Part shown: in pieces, positions 1-9,401 of the stretch
Layout of the letters: the number at the start of each line of letters is the position of its first letter
Position numbering within the stretch: position 1 is the stretch's first letter
DNA from: Candidatus Eiseniibacteriota bacterium
Lineage (GTDB): Bacteria > Eisenbacteria > RBG-16-71-46
DNA: 38,041 nt
Reading direction: 5' to 3'
NCBI GenBank assembly: GCA_031366795.1
Contig: JANLOX010000205.1
Coordinates: 1 to 38,041, forward strand
Notes under the pieces: model-generated
Databases searched by the model: none
Told to the model about the DNA's origin: nothing
What the model saw: the letters and a program-made list of their open reading frames with translations, nothing else
Position numbers and translations under genes: made by a program

Positions 1-1
1 C

Positions 2-3000
2 GACTCGCTGCTGCGCCATCTGCCGCCTTCGGCGCGCGTCCTGATCAGTTCGCGCACCGTTCCGCCGCTCGCGCTCGACCGGATGCGCACGCGCGATGAG
101 GTGTTCGACCTCGATTCGAGTCACCTGCGTTATAGTCGCGAGGAACTCACCGAGTTGTTTCGCGAGACCTATGGCATGCCGCTCGACGAAGCCGAGGTGA
201 TCGCGCTCGAAACGGCAACGCAAGGCTGGCCGACGGCCGTGCATCTGGTGCGTGAAGCCAGGCGCCGTGCTCCCGACCGCGCGCTCGACAGCATCCTGTC
301 CGAATTCCGCACCTCGGCGCTCGAGCTGCAGGACTATCTTTCGAACGAGCTATACTCCCGCTTCGAGCCGGAGGAGCGAAGACTACTGGAGCGACTGGTG
401 GCCCCCGACCGGTTCGATGCCTCGCTCGCCGTGACGTTGAGCGGCATGCGTGAGGTCCGCCCGGCCCTGCAGCGGCTGGCCCAGCGCGGCGTGCTGCGTT
501 CGTTCGGCTCGAGCGGCGAGACGACCTACCAGATGCAGGACCTGGTGCGGAACTTCCTCCAGCGCCGCCTCGTCGCGGATCGCGGCCACGGGGTGTGGCA
601 GGCGCTCGAGCGTGACACGGCGGTCGCACTTGCGGCGCGCGGAGAAACGGAGCGGGCACTGCGCCACTTCCTGCTCGCCGGAGCCGCGGAAGAGGCCACC
701 GACTTGGTGGTCCGGCTGGCGCGCCCAATGCTGCGCCAGGGACGCGCCGGAACTTTGTTGCAGTGCCTGCTCGACCTTCCCGCAGCGGTGGTGGAATCGA
801 ATCTCGAGTTGTTGGTCACGCTCGCCGACTGCCGCCAACTGCTCGGCCAGTGGGACGATGCCGAGCGCCTGTACGAGCAGGCCATCGAACGCTGCCGCTC
901 AGCCGGCGCGCGCGCGCTCGAGTGCCGGGTGCTACTCGGCCAGACCAAGGTGCTCAACATGCGCGGTCATCACGCGCAGGTGCTGGGGCTCGCCGAACGC
1001 GGCCTGGCGATGGCTGCCGGGCTGGACCTCGAGACGCAGATCCGGCTGCTGCAGCGCAAGGCCGGTGCGCACTTTTACCTCGGGCAATACGCCGCCTCGG
1101 TGCGGATCCTCGATGAGGTGCGGCGCAAGCTGCCGGGCTCGGCCGACCAGGAACTCGTCGTGCCGACGATCCACAATCTAGCCATGGCGCTCGCCGCGAG
1201 CGGTAAGTTCCGCGAGGCCGCCAATGAGTTTGGCGCAGCGCTCGCGTGCGTGCGCGGCGCGCCATCGCCTCGCGCGCCGCTGTACCTGTCGAACCTCGCG
1301 TTCCTGCTCGCAGAGCTGGGCGAACTTGCCGAGGCCCGCGCCGCGGCTGAAGAGGGCCTGCGCGCCGCGCAGGCGTTCTCGAACCGGGCGCAGGAGATCA
1401 CTTGCCGCGAAGCGCTGGCGCAGGTGCTGGCGCAGGGCGGGGACCTGGACGGCGCACTGGCGGAGTTGCGCACGGCGGATGGGCTCAATCGCGAACAGCG
1501 CATGGACGTGATCGCGGGCGACCTGCTGGCGCTGCGCGGCCGCATTTTTTGCATCAGGGGCCAGTACCGGCGCGCCGTTGGGTTCCTCGAAGAAGCGTTG
1601 GCGCGTTTGGGCGAACACACCGACCAGCCACGCTTCACCGAGTTCACCGCGACTCTCGCATGGTGTGAACTGCGCGCAGGCAGGGCACAGGTGGCGCATG
1701 ACCGTTTGCTGCCGCTGGTCGGGCGCGCCGACGCCGAGGAGAACGAGTTCCAGCGCATGCGCGTGCACTACTGGTTGGCCGAGTCACTGATCGCGCTGGG
1801 GAACAAGGGCGAGGTGCCCGGGCATTTGGCGACCGCGCTGCGATTGGTGCGCGAGCGCGGCTACGGCTACTTCCTCGAGCTGCAGGCGCGCGAGGACGCC
1901 GCCCCCCTGCTGAGCGCGCTGGAGGCAGGTATCGAGATCGACACCGTCTCCGCGGCCCTCGTCGAAGCGGGCGCCGCGATCGAGGCGCCCCTGCTCGCGA
2001 TGCTCGCCAAGGCTCCGCCCGCCAGCGCCGAGGCGATCGTGGCGATCCTCGGCGAAGTGGGTGGCACTCCGACCGCCGAAAAGCTCGGCGCGATCGTGCG
2101 CTCGCGGCGCTTCCTGCAGGCGGCGACACGCACCGCTCAGCGTCACATTGAGGCGCGGTTGACGCGCGGCGATGCGACCCCGGCACGGAGCACTTCCGCC
2201 CGGCTCGAGTTGTTCGGCGCGCCGCGGCTGCTGATCGATGGGCGCCCGGTACCGGCGTCGACGTGGCGCTCGCAACGCGCATTCCTGATCCTCGTGCACC
2301 TGGCGATCCATCCGCACGGCGCGAACCGCGACCAACTGCTCGACGCGTTCTGGCCGCCGCGCCGGCTCGCGGCGGCGCGCAAGAACTTCCATCCGACGCT
2401 GTCGTACATCCGCAGCGTCCTGCCCTCCGCCTTAGTCCCGCCGCTGTTGCGGGAGAACGAGACCTACCGGCTGAATCCGGAGTACCCGATGAGCTGCGAC
2501 GCGTGGGATGTCCAGCGCGCGTTCGAGCAGGCGCGGCTCGCTGCCGATGACACCGCGCGGCACGCCGCGCTCTCGCGGGCGCTGGCCCTCGCGCGCCAGC
2601 CCTACCTCGATGGGTGCTACGAGGACTGGGCGTCCGAGGCGCAATCGTCCATGCGGGACCGGCTTGAGCGCGCGCATCTCGAGCTGGGAGCCCTGCTCGA
2701 TGCTGGTGGCGCCGTTGAAGAAGCACTCGCGAACTACCGCGTTGCGGCGCAGTTCGATGCTTATCGTGAGTCCACGCGCGCGGCAATCATCGAGTGCCTC
2801 GTGCGCCTGGGGAACCGCCGCGCGGCATGGGTCGAATGGGAACGCCTGAAGTCGCTGCTCCACGAGGAACTCGCCGTCGACCCGCTGCCGGAGACTGCTG
2901 CGCGCGTCGCGCGGGCGCTCGGGTCGGACACCGAACCGCGACGGGCGAGAAACTCAGAAACCGCTGTGCCGCAGCACGTTACCATCTCCGCTCAAGTCCG

Positions 3001-3025
3001 GCTCAAGACCCATACTGCAGGATGA
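2..3025 (+). CDS. MalT-like (STAND-type) TPR-containing transcriptional activator with C-terminal SARP winged-helix + BTAD domain; 5' end lies outside the window
   Basis: The frame is open from base 2 (DSLLRHLPPSARVLISSRTVPPLALDRMR..., MalT-like). It contains 'TQGWPTAVHL' and 'LQDYLSNELY' (MalT-like arm), a long TPR-like helical region, then 'LELFGAPRLLIDG...RDQLLDAFWP...NFHPTLSYIRSVL' (SARP wHTH) and 'YLDGCYEDWA...YRE...ELAVDP' (BTAD). Confidence 0.85.
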   Translation, partial: DSLLRHLPPSARVLISSRTVPPLALDRMRTRDEVFDLDSSHLRYSREELTELFRETYGMPLDEAEVIALETATQGWPTAVHLVREARRRAPDRALDSILSEFRTSALELQDYLSNELYSRFEPEERRLLERLVAPDRFDASLAVTLSGMREVRPALQRLAQRGVLRSFGSSGETTYQMQDLVRNFLQRRLVADRGHGVWQALERDTAVALAARGETERALRHFLLAGAAEEATDLVVRLARPMLRQGRAGTLLQCLLDLPAAVVESNLELLVTLADCRQLLGQWDDAERLYEQAIERCRSAGARALECRVLLGQTKVLNMRGHHAQVLGLAERGLAMAAGLDLETQIRLLQRKAGAHFYLGQYAASVRILDEVRRKLPGSADQELVVPTIHNLAMALAASGKFREAANEFGAALACVRGAPSPRAPLYLSNLAFLLAELGELAEARAAAEEGLRAAQAFSNRAQEITCREALAQVLAQGGDLDGALAELRTADGLNREQRMDVIAGDLLALRGRIFCIRGQYRRAVGFLEEALARLGEHTDQPRFTEFTATLAWCELRAGRAQVAHDRLLPLVGRADAEENEFQRMRVHYWLAESLIALGNKGEVPGHLATALRLVRERGYGYFLELQAREDAAPLLSALEAGIEIDTVSAALVEAGAAIEAPLLAMLAKAPPASAEAIVAILGEVGGTPTAEKLGAIVRSRRFLQAATRTAQRHIEARLTRGDATPARSTSARLELFGAPRLLIDGRPVPASTWRSQRAFLILVHLAIHPHGANRDQLLDAFWPPRRLAAARKNFHPTLSYIRSVLPSALVPPLLRENETYRLNPEYPMSCDAWDVQRAFEQARLAADDTARHAALSRALALARQPYLDGCYEDWASEAQSSMRDRLERAHLELGALLDAGGAVEEALANYRVAAQFDAYRESTRAAIIECLVRLGNRRAAWVEWERLKSLLHEELAVDPLPETAARVARALGSDTEPRRARNSETAVPQHVTISAQVRLKTHTAG

Positions 3026-3035
3026 GCCCGTGAAC
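2988..3035 (+). promoter_or_regulatory. Candidate SARP-type activator site/promoter: GCTCAAG x2 at 11-bp period, -10-like CAGGAT at 3018-3023
   Basis: CTCAA occurs at 2991 and 3002. The segment aligns without gaps to 5714-5761, upstream of the second protease. Confidence 0.55.
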
Positions 3036-5633
3036 CTCCCATCCCAGCCTACTCGCCCCTACTGGTCACGCGCGGCCCGCGGTACCCGCATGTTCGCGAC
3101 CGCCCTGGTGTGCCTCCTGCTCGCGGGCACTGCTGTCATGGCGCGCGCCTCCCAGCCATTCATCTGGGACGACGACAGCGACGGGTTGGACGACCGGATG
3201 GAGTCAGTGCACCTGCTCGGCTACTCCTACTCGTTCGTCGGCGGGGATTCGCTGGGCCGTCAACGCTTCCAGGTGACACGCGTGGCGACCGATCTCGTCT
3301 ACGGTGTCTACGTGGTGTTCAAGGCGCCTCCGGGCGCCTCCGACATCGCGGCATTGTCCGCGATCGGCATGCCGGTCCTGCATCGCTTCGAAGCCGTCCC
3401 CGTGGTGCGCAGCCTCGCCACCTTCGCCCAGGCGCAGGCCGCCAAGGCACTGCCCTCCGTCGAGCGGCTCGAAGTGGTGACGCTGCTCTACCCTGAGTCC
3501 CGCGAGGACCTGGGCAGCGCTGGTGTCGCCGATGCGACGCAGGAAATCTTCCCGACGTGGCAGGGAACCGGCGGCGGCAGCGGCGGTGGCGTGATCGTGG
3601 CGTTGCTCGACACGGGCGTGAACGACAGCCCCGATGGCGCCTACCCCGGACACGAGTCGCTGAGCGGCCGGCGCGTGGGCGGCGCGAGCTTTACCGCTGG
3701 TGATTCAGCCCTCGATACACCCATGAACGGCAGCGCAGATCCCGAGGACCGTGGCGGCGCACTCACCCACGACCACGGCACGCACATTGCCGGGATTGTG
3801 CTGGGCAGTGGCGGATCCAGCGGTTACGCGCCCGGGGTCGCGCCGCAAGCCCGATTCGTCGACGTGAAGGTGCTCGGCGACGCGGGGTACGGACTGGGCG
3901 TGGCCGAGGCGCTCGACTGGTGCATCCACAACCGCGCCCGCGATTGGGGCGTGGGGGCGACGTGGCAGGGGATCGACGTGATCAACCTGTCGCTCTCGAG
4001 CGTGGATGAGAGTGACGGCAACGACGTGCAGTCCCACCTCGCCGCGCGCGCGGTGGCACTGGGGATTTCCGTCGTCGCCTCGGTCGGCAACGCCGGCATG
4101 GCGCATCACATCCCCTCCCCCGCGGCCGGGGATGGCGTGCTTGCCATCGGCGCCTACGACTCCCAGCGCACGCCACGAGCGAGCGACGATCGGTTTGCCC
4201 CGTTCAGCGACCAGGGCCCGCGCGCCGGTGACGGGGACGCTGACGCGCTGGACGAGCTCAAGCCGGATCTCGTAGCACCCGGCGTGGCAGTGCTGTCCGC
4301 CGACGGCGACCTCAACAGTGACGGAACGCATTACCAGCGGCTCAGCGGCACGAGCATGGCGGCGGCGGTGGTGAGCGGCGCTGTGGCGGCGCTTCGCTCG
4401 GAGTTCCCGGCATTGACGCCAGGCGACATCACCCAGGTGCTTCGCGTGACCGCGCGCCGCGATGTCGGCGGCCTGCCCGCGGGAACGCAGGGCGCCGACC
4501 CGCGGTGGCAATCCGCGATGGGTTGGGGCGCCCTCGATCTCTATGCGGCCCGGCTCGAGCTGCTGCAGTCGCAGCGCTCGCAGGTCCGCCGTCTCGCCCT
4601 CACGAAGGATGTGGCGAGCGTGACCGTCACGGCGTGGACGCAGCGGGAACGCGGCGCCGCGCACTTTGTGCTGGAGCGCGCCAATGACCTGGGCGGTACG
4701 CCCGGCGCCTTCGCGGCCATCGACTCCGCCGCTGCCACCGGAGATTCCTCGCTCGCCTCGACGAACCTCACCGCCTATTCCTGGGTGCTCGCGACGCCAC
4801 CGGCGGAACGCGGTCTCACCTACTGGTACCGCATAGCCTACACGGAAGCGGGCGCTCGGTTCGCGACGCCCTCGCGCGCCTTCACGAATTCCGTGGGCAC
4901 CAGCGCCGCCACGCTGCGCGTTCGCATCGTGCACGACGCGTATGACCACGACATGGACGCAACGATCACGGTGGGCGGACAGGCAGGAGTGCTGCGGAGC
5001 GGCACCAATGCACCCGCGCTGGCGCCGCCCACCTATCACCTTCCCGGCTCGAGCGGCAGCGTCTCGAGCGACTACGTCAATGGCACCAGCACCACCGGGA
5101 CGGTCGCGTGGGATTTCGAGATCGAAGTCCCCGCAGGCGAAGCCGGCGAATACCTGCCGCCGTCCTCCACGCATCCCTGGTTGCTACGGGCGACCGACGG
5201 CGGCTACCTCAATCGCGCGGGGAGAATCGAGCGATTCGAAATGACGTGGCATGGACCGAATGGCGACATGGTATTCACCGGGTCGCCGGTTCCCCAGGCA
5301 ACGATCGAGGGCCAGACGGTCGATGTCAGCATCGCCCCGGGTGTGCTCGGCGTCGGAGTACCGCCTGGACAGTCGCTCGCCTTCCGCGCGATGCCCTGCC
5401 CCGTCGGCGCGGGGGGCAGCGTCCAGCTCGTGACGGGCGGCCGGGATCCCGGTCCGCTTCAGCTGTTCGACCTCGGCGGACGGGAAGTCGCGCGTTCGGC
5501 GTTTACCCACTCCGGCGGCCTATGGATCGCAACCTGGAACACCGCCCAGGGAACTGGCGGGGTGGCGCGGGCGGGCGTCTATTTCGCCCGTGCCGGTAGT
5601 GCCACGGCCCGCATCGTGGTGCTCGGCCGCTAG
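3030..5633 (+). CDS. Secreted S8 (subtilisin-like) serine peptidase with Fn3-like, P-domain-like and C-terminal FlgD-like domains (alternative start ATG 3090)
   Basis: Signal peptide; catalytic triad motifs LLDTG, HDHGTHIAG and SGTSMA; KPDLVAPG; C-terminal 'LFDLGGREV...W...AGVYFAR'. Confidence 0.9.
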   Translation: MNLPSQPTRPYWSRAARGTRMFATALVCLLLAGTAVMARASQPFIWDDDSDGLDDRMESVHLLGYSYSFVGGDSLGRQRFQVTRVATDLVYGVYVVFKAPPGASDIAALSAIGMPVLHRFEAVPVVRSLATFAQAQAAKALPSVERLEVVTLLYPESREDLGSAGVADATQEIFPTWQGTGGGSGGGVIVALLDTGVNDSPDGAYPGHESLSGRRVGGASFTAGDSALDTPMNGSADPEDRGGALTHDHGTHIAGIVLGSGGSSGYAPGVAPQARFVDVKVLGDAGYGLGVAEALDWCIHNRARDWGVGATWQGIDVINLSLSSVDESDGNDVQSHLAARAVALGISVVASVGNAGMAHHIPSPAAGDGVLAIGAYDSQRTPRASDDRFAPFSDQGPRAGDGDADALDELKPDLVAPGVAVLSADGDLNSDGTHYQRLSGTSMAAAVVSGAVAALRSEFPALTPGDITQVLRVTARRDVGGLPAGTQGADPRWQSAMGWGALDLYAARLELLQSQRSQVRRLALTKDVASVTVTAWTQRERGAAHFVLERANDLGGTPGAFAAIDSAAATGDSSLASTNLTAYSWVLATPPAERGLTYWYRIAYTEAGARFATPSRAFTNSVGTSAATLRVRIVHDAYDHDMDATITVGGQAGVLRSGTNAPALAPPTYHLPGSSGSVSSDYVNGTSTTGTVAWDFEIEVPAGEAGEYLPPSSTHPWLLRATDGGYLNRAGRIERFEMTWHGPNGDMVFTGSPVPQATIEGQTVDVSIAPGVLGVGVPPGQSLAFRAMPCPVGAGGSVQLVTGGRDPGPLQLFDLGGREVARSAFTHSGGLWIATWNTAQGTGGVARAGVYFARAGSATARIVVLGR

Positions 5634-5713
5634 GGATTTTTAGACGTGCCTGATTCCACGCAAGCCACCGCATTTTAATCACTTCCGCCTCACTAACACG
5701 GCCGCAACGCTCC

Positions 5714-5761
5714 CCACTCAAGCGGAACTCAACTCCCCTCGGCGACGATCAGCGGGTCAAC
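5714..5761 (+). promoter_or_regulatory. Second candidate SARP-type activator site/promoter: ACTCAA x2 at 11-bp period, -10-like GACGAT at 5744-5749
   Basis: CTCAA occurs at 5717 and 5728, with the same spacing to the downstream GAT-n-AGC-nn-GT-n-AAC block as at 2988-3035. Confidence 0.55.
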
Positions 5762-5763
5762 AA

Positions 5764-5810
5764 TTCGCGCGGCTCAACCGGTCTCCATGTCCATGGAGAC
5801 CGGGCGCGAA
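5764..5810. repeat. Inverted repeat in the leader of the second protease
   Basis: CCGGTCTCCATG (5778-5789)-TC-CATGGAGACCGG (5792-5803) has perfect 12-bp arms. The outer pair is TTCGCGC (5764-5770)/GCGCGAA (5804-5810). Confidence 0.8.
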
Positions 5811-5843
5811 CAGACCGCCGCTCCAGTTAGGGGACCAGTCGAC

Positions 5844-8800
5844 ATGCCGCTTCGACGAGTGCTTGCCACCGCGCTGTTCGCGCTCACGCTGGCCGTGACC
5901 GCAACGCCCGCCGCCCACGCCGCCCTGTGGGACGCGAACCAGAATCGCATCGACGACCGCATCGAGGCCGTCAACACGAATGGCCTGGCCGCCGCGCACG
6001 TTGGGAACGTGCTGAGCGGACGTTTGATCCTGTTCGTTTACCCGGACGCCCACCCGTTGGCGTACGGCGTCTATGTCCGCTACGACCACGCGCCCACGGA
6101 ACTCGACGTGGCGGCACTGACCGGCGCCGGCGCCGAGTTGCTGTGGCGGCCGCGCTACATTCCGTACCTGCGCGCACGCGCTACCTTCACCCAGATTCAG
6201 GCGATCGCCGCCCTGCCGGGTGTCGGTGAGGTCGAGGCGTGGCAGGTGATGTACCCCACCAATGACATCGCCACGCGCACGCTGCGGGCTCGGGAGACCG
6301 CGGGTGGGGCTGGCTCGAACATGTTTCCCTCCACCTGGCGCAACCTCGGCGTCACCGGGCGCGGCAAGGTAGTCGGCATCATCGACACAGGCGTCAATGA
6401 CGCCCCGAGCAACACCTACCCGGGGCACGAGTCGCTGCGGGGGAAGTTCGTCGGCGGGGGTAATTTCTCCAACCCTGACGCGTCCCTGAACACGCCAGCC
6501 GATTCGAGCGCGAATCCCATGAACGCGGCGGACGCGGAAGGCTCGTACCACGCGACCCACGTCGCGGGAACGGCCATCGGCAGCGGCGGTCCGACCGGCG
6601 TGCTGCCCCCTGGCTCCCCGCCCGGACCCTACGCGGGCATGGCTCCCGACGCGTGGCTCGTGGACTGCAAGGCGCTGTCGGATGCCGGCGTGGGTGGCGG
6701 CGCCGCCGAAGCGCTCGAATGGTGCATCGCCCACCGCAACACGGTGTGGGGCGCCGACGCGCTGGGCGTGACCTATCGCGGCGTGCAGGTCGTCAACATG
6801 AGCCTCGGCGGCGTGAGCGCCTCCGACGGAAACGATGCCGATTGCGCCGCCGTGAATGCGGCCACACTCGCGGGCATCGTGGTGTGTGTCGCCACCGGCA
6901 ACGACGGCAAGACGGCCTACATGCCGAGTCCGGCCGCGGCCGATCTCGACATCTCGGTCGGGGCGTTTCAGGACGCCAACAGTATCCCGCACGCCGACGA
7001 CATCGTCGCCAATTACTCGAATGAGGGCCCGCGTCTCGCCGATGCCGACTCGGACCACCTGGACGAGATGAAGCCCTCGGTGTGCGGGTCGGGCTCGGAC
7101 ATCGTCTCGGCGCTGGGCGACCCCACCACGGACGGCACCCGTTACCACAACATCAACGGCACGAGCATGGCGACTCCGACCATCGCGGGATTGTGCGCGC
7201 TGATCCTGCAAGCCAACCCGACGCTCACGCCGCTGCAGGTGCGCGATATCTTGCAGAACACCGCCGAACATCGCACCGACCACGGCAAGCAGCCGGCCGG
7301 CTCCGCCGACCCGTTCTCGCTCGACCCGAACTACCACCCCTCATGGGGCTGGGGCGAGCCGGATGCTTATGCGGCAGTCAAAGAAGCGATGAATTCCGCG
7401 GGGACGCAGGTGGTCAGCGAGGGCGCCGTTGCGGCGATCCTCGCGGGCCAGCTGCAAGTCACCGTGCGCTGGAGTACGCAACGCGAATCGGGCGTCGCCG
7501 CATTCTCGGTCTCCCGCGCCGCCGATGCCGGCGGCGTGGCGCAGCAGTGGGCCACCGTCAGCCCGGCGATCGCGCCCACGGGACATCGCATCATCGAGCG
7601 CACTTCGAACCGGACCTCCTATGTGTGGACAGACCTCGATGCCGCTCTCGTCGCGGGTGCGGCGTACTGGTACCAGGTGCGCTGGACCGACACGCAGGGG
7701 TTCGCCCACGTCGAGCCGGCATTCCGCATCACCACCGATACGCCGCCGCTGCGGGCGCGCGTGACGTGGGTGATCACGCACAACGCGCTCGACAACGACG
7801 TGTTCGCCCGCTTCGGCAGCGGCACCGACCCCAACCACGCGGCGTTCGTACGGCCGTGCGGCGGGTCCACCTCCGCGGACTCCTCGCGCACGATCATCCC
7901 GGTCGGGTTTGGCACGTCGAAGCGCTACTACTTCCACGCCGACCTGAGGGATCGCGATCTCGTCAGCGGTTTCCTGCCGCCCTCGGCCGCCAATCCCTGG
8001 TTCCTGTCGGTGCTCGAGAAGGGCTACGTGAACACCGAAGGCATCGTCGACAGTTTCTCGGTGACGGTGTACGAGACGTCGGGCACGACAACCTACCGCT
8101 CGCCGCAGCCGTCGACAGCGACCGCCGAGGGCCAGATCACGACGATGTGGATTCCGCTGAATCCCGCAACTACGCTCAACCACACTCCCGTGCTCGACCC
8201 GATCGGCCCGCGCAGCGTGGGTGAGGGACTGGCGCTCGCGTTCCAGGTCCATGCCACCGACGCCGAGCCCCCAGCGGTAACGCTGTCGGTTACGGGCCTC
8301 CCACCGGGCGCGGCGTTCGATGCGCCCAGCGGAGCTTTCCACTGGACGCCCGGTTACGGACAGGCCGGGAGCTATGCGATCACTTTCCATGCGACCGATG
8401 CCATGTCGGCCGCGGACAGTGAGCGCGTCACCGTGGACGTCTCCGCCCGCGTGCCCGGCAGCAACACCTCGCCCACACTCGATCCTATCGTCGACCCCAG
8501 CGGGCCGGCAGGTGCGTCGATCGTGTTCACCGCCACGGCGCACGATGCGGAAGACGACGCGCTGCAGTTCGCCGCCGCGCCACTCCCGCCCGGTGCGGTG
8601 TTCTACCCCTCGACCGGAAACTTCGCCTGGACGACCTTTCCGGAGCAGGCCGGCGTCTATCACTTCACGGTGCATGTGACCGACTCCCACGCCGCGGCGG
8701 ATTCCCAGTTCGTGACCGTGACGATTACGCCGGCCGCCGCAATCACGGCGAGTTCGTGCACGCCCGACACCATGACATTCACCGGAACCGTGGGAGCGAA

Positions 8801-9401
8801 TGCGCAGGGACTCCAGGTCACCAACGCCACGCACTCATTCATGATCGAACCGGGAACGGCACACGTGCAGGGCGCGCTGAACTGGACGGGCGGGCCGGCG
8901 ATCGACCTTGATCTCTACCTGCTCGACGCGAACGGCAACACGGTCGCGAGCGGCGCCACGGCAACCGCTGACCCGGAACACCTGACGTTTGCGAACCCGG
9001 CTCCCGGGAGCTACCGGTGGCAGGTCTCCGCCTACGACAACCCCAACCCGAACGAGGCCTACACCGTCACGAGCATCCGGTGCACCGGCGCGACGCTTGG
9101 CACCGGTGTAGTGGAGGGGCCCGCAGCCATCGCCTTGGCGCAGAACTTCCCCAACCCGTTCACGCGGACCTCGGTGATCCGGTTCGCCATCCCGCGGTCC
9201 CAACAGGCGAGCCTCCGAATCTTCGACATCTCGGGCCGTCAGTTGCGCACCCTCGCCGATGGCCCCCTGCAGGCCGGCATGTACCAGCGTGTGTGGGACG
9301 GCCGCAGCGACGCCGGGGAGCGGCTCGCGGCGGGGGTGTATTTCTATTCGCTCGTCACTGCGGAAGGAACCCGCAATCGCAGGATGGTGATGCTCAAGTA
9401 A
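5844..9401 (+). CDS. Secreted S8 serine peptidase with Fn3-like, P-domain-like, two cadherin/He_PIG-like Ig repeats, PPC-like and C-terminal FlgD/T9SS-like domains
   Basis: ATG 5844 follows an AGGGGA SD-like sequence and starts a signal peptide. Triad motifs IIDTG, YHATHVAG and NGTSMA are present, plus 'IDLDLYLLD' (PPC-like) and 'LAQNFPNPF...IFDISGR...WDGRSDAG...GVYFY'. Confidence 0.9.
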   Translation: MPLRRVLATALFALTLAVTATPAAHAALWDANQNRIDDRIEAVNTNGLAAAHVGNVLSGRLILFVYPDAHPLAYGVYVRYDHAPTELDVAALTGAGAELLWRPRYIPYLRARATFTQIQAIAALPGVGEVEAWQVMYPTNDIATRTLRARETAGGAGSNMFPSTWRNLGVTGRGKVVGIIDTGVNDAPSNTYPGHESLRGKFVGGGNFSNPDASLNTPADSSANPMNAADAEGSYHATHVAGTAIGSGGPTGVLPPGSPPGPYAGMAPDAWLVDCKALSDAGVGGGAAEALEWCIAHRNTVWGADALGVTYRGVQVVNMSLGGVSASDGNDADCAAVNAATLAGIVVCVATGNDGKTAYMPSPAAADLDISVGAFQDANSIPHADDIVANYSNEGPRLADADSDHLDEMKPSVCGSGSDIVSALGDPTTDGTRYHNINGTSMATPTIAGLCALILQANPTLTPLQVRDILQNTAEHRTDHGKQPAGSADPFSLDPNYHPSWGWGEPDAYAAVKEAMNSAGTQVVSEGAVAAILAGQLQVTVRWSTQRESGVAAFSVSRAADAGGVAQQWATVSPAIAPTGHRIIERTSNRTSYVWTDLDAALVAGAAYWYQVRWTDTQGFAHVEPAFRITTDTPPLRARVTWVITHNALDNDVFARFGSGTDPNHAAFVRPCGGSTSADSSRTIIPVGFGTSKRYYFHADLRDRDLVSGFLPPSAANPWFLSVLEKGYVNTEGIVDSFSVTVYETSGTTTYRSPQPSTATAEGQITTMWIPLNPATTLNHTPVLDPIGPRSVGEGLALAFQVHATDAEPPAVTLSVTGLPPGAAFDAPSGAFHWTPGYGQAGSYAITFHATDAMSAADSERVTVDVSARVPGSNTSPTLDPIVDPSGPAGASIVFTATAHDAEDDALQFAAAPLPPGAVFYPSTGNFAWTTFPEQAGVYHFTVHVTDSHAAADSQFVTVTITPAAAITASSCTPDTMTFTGTVGANAQGLQVTNATHSFMIEPGTAHVQGALNWTGGPAIDLDLYLLDANGNTVASGATATADPEHLTFANPAPGSYRWQVSAYDNPNPNEAYTVTSIRCTGATLGTGVVEGPAAIALAQNFPNPFTRTSVIRFAIPRSQQASLRIFDISGRQLRTLADGPLQAGMYQRVWDGRSDAGERLAAGVYFYSLVTAEGTRNRRMVMLK
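8178..8730 (+). repeat. Two tandem cadherin/He_PIG-like Ig domains (95-aa period) inside the second protease
   Basis: NHTPVLDPIG...ATDAE...LPPGAAFD..SGAFHWTP...QAGSY.ITF.ATD versus NTSPTLDPIV...AHDAE...LPPGAVFY..TGNFAWTT...QAGVY.FTV.VTD; the units start at 8178 and 8463. Confidence 0.75.

Noticed and set aside
3705..8834. Long antisense ORFs (3705-5174, 5757-7337, 7341-8834); likewise 16874-18388, 31376-33340 and 34391-36220
   Set aside because: These are shadow ORFs opposite well-supported genes, as expected in high-GC DNA, and contain no recognisable motifs.
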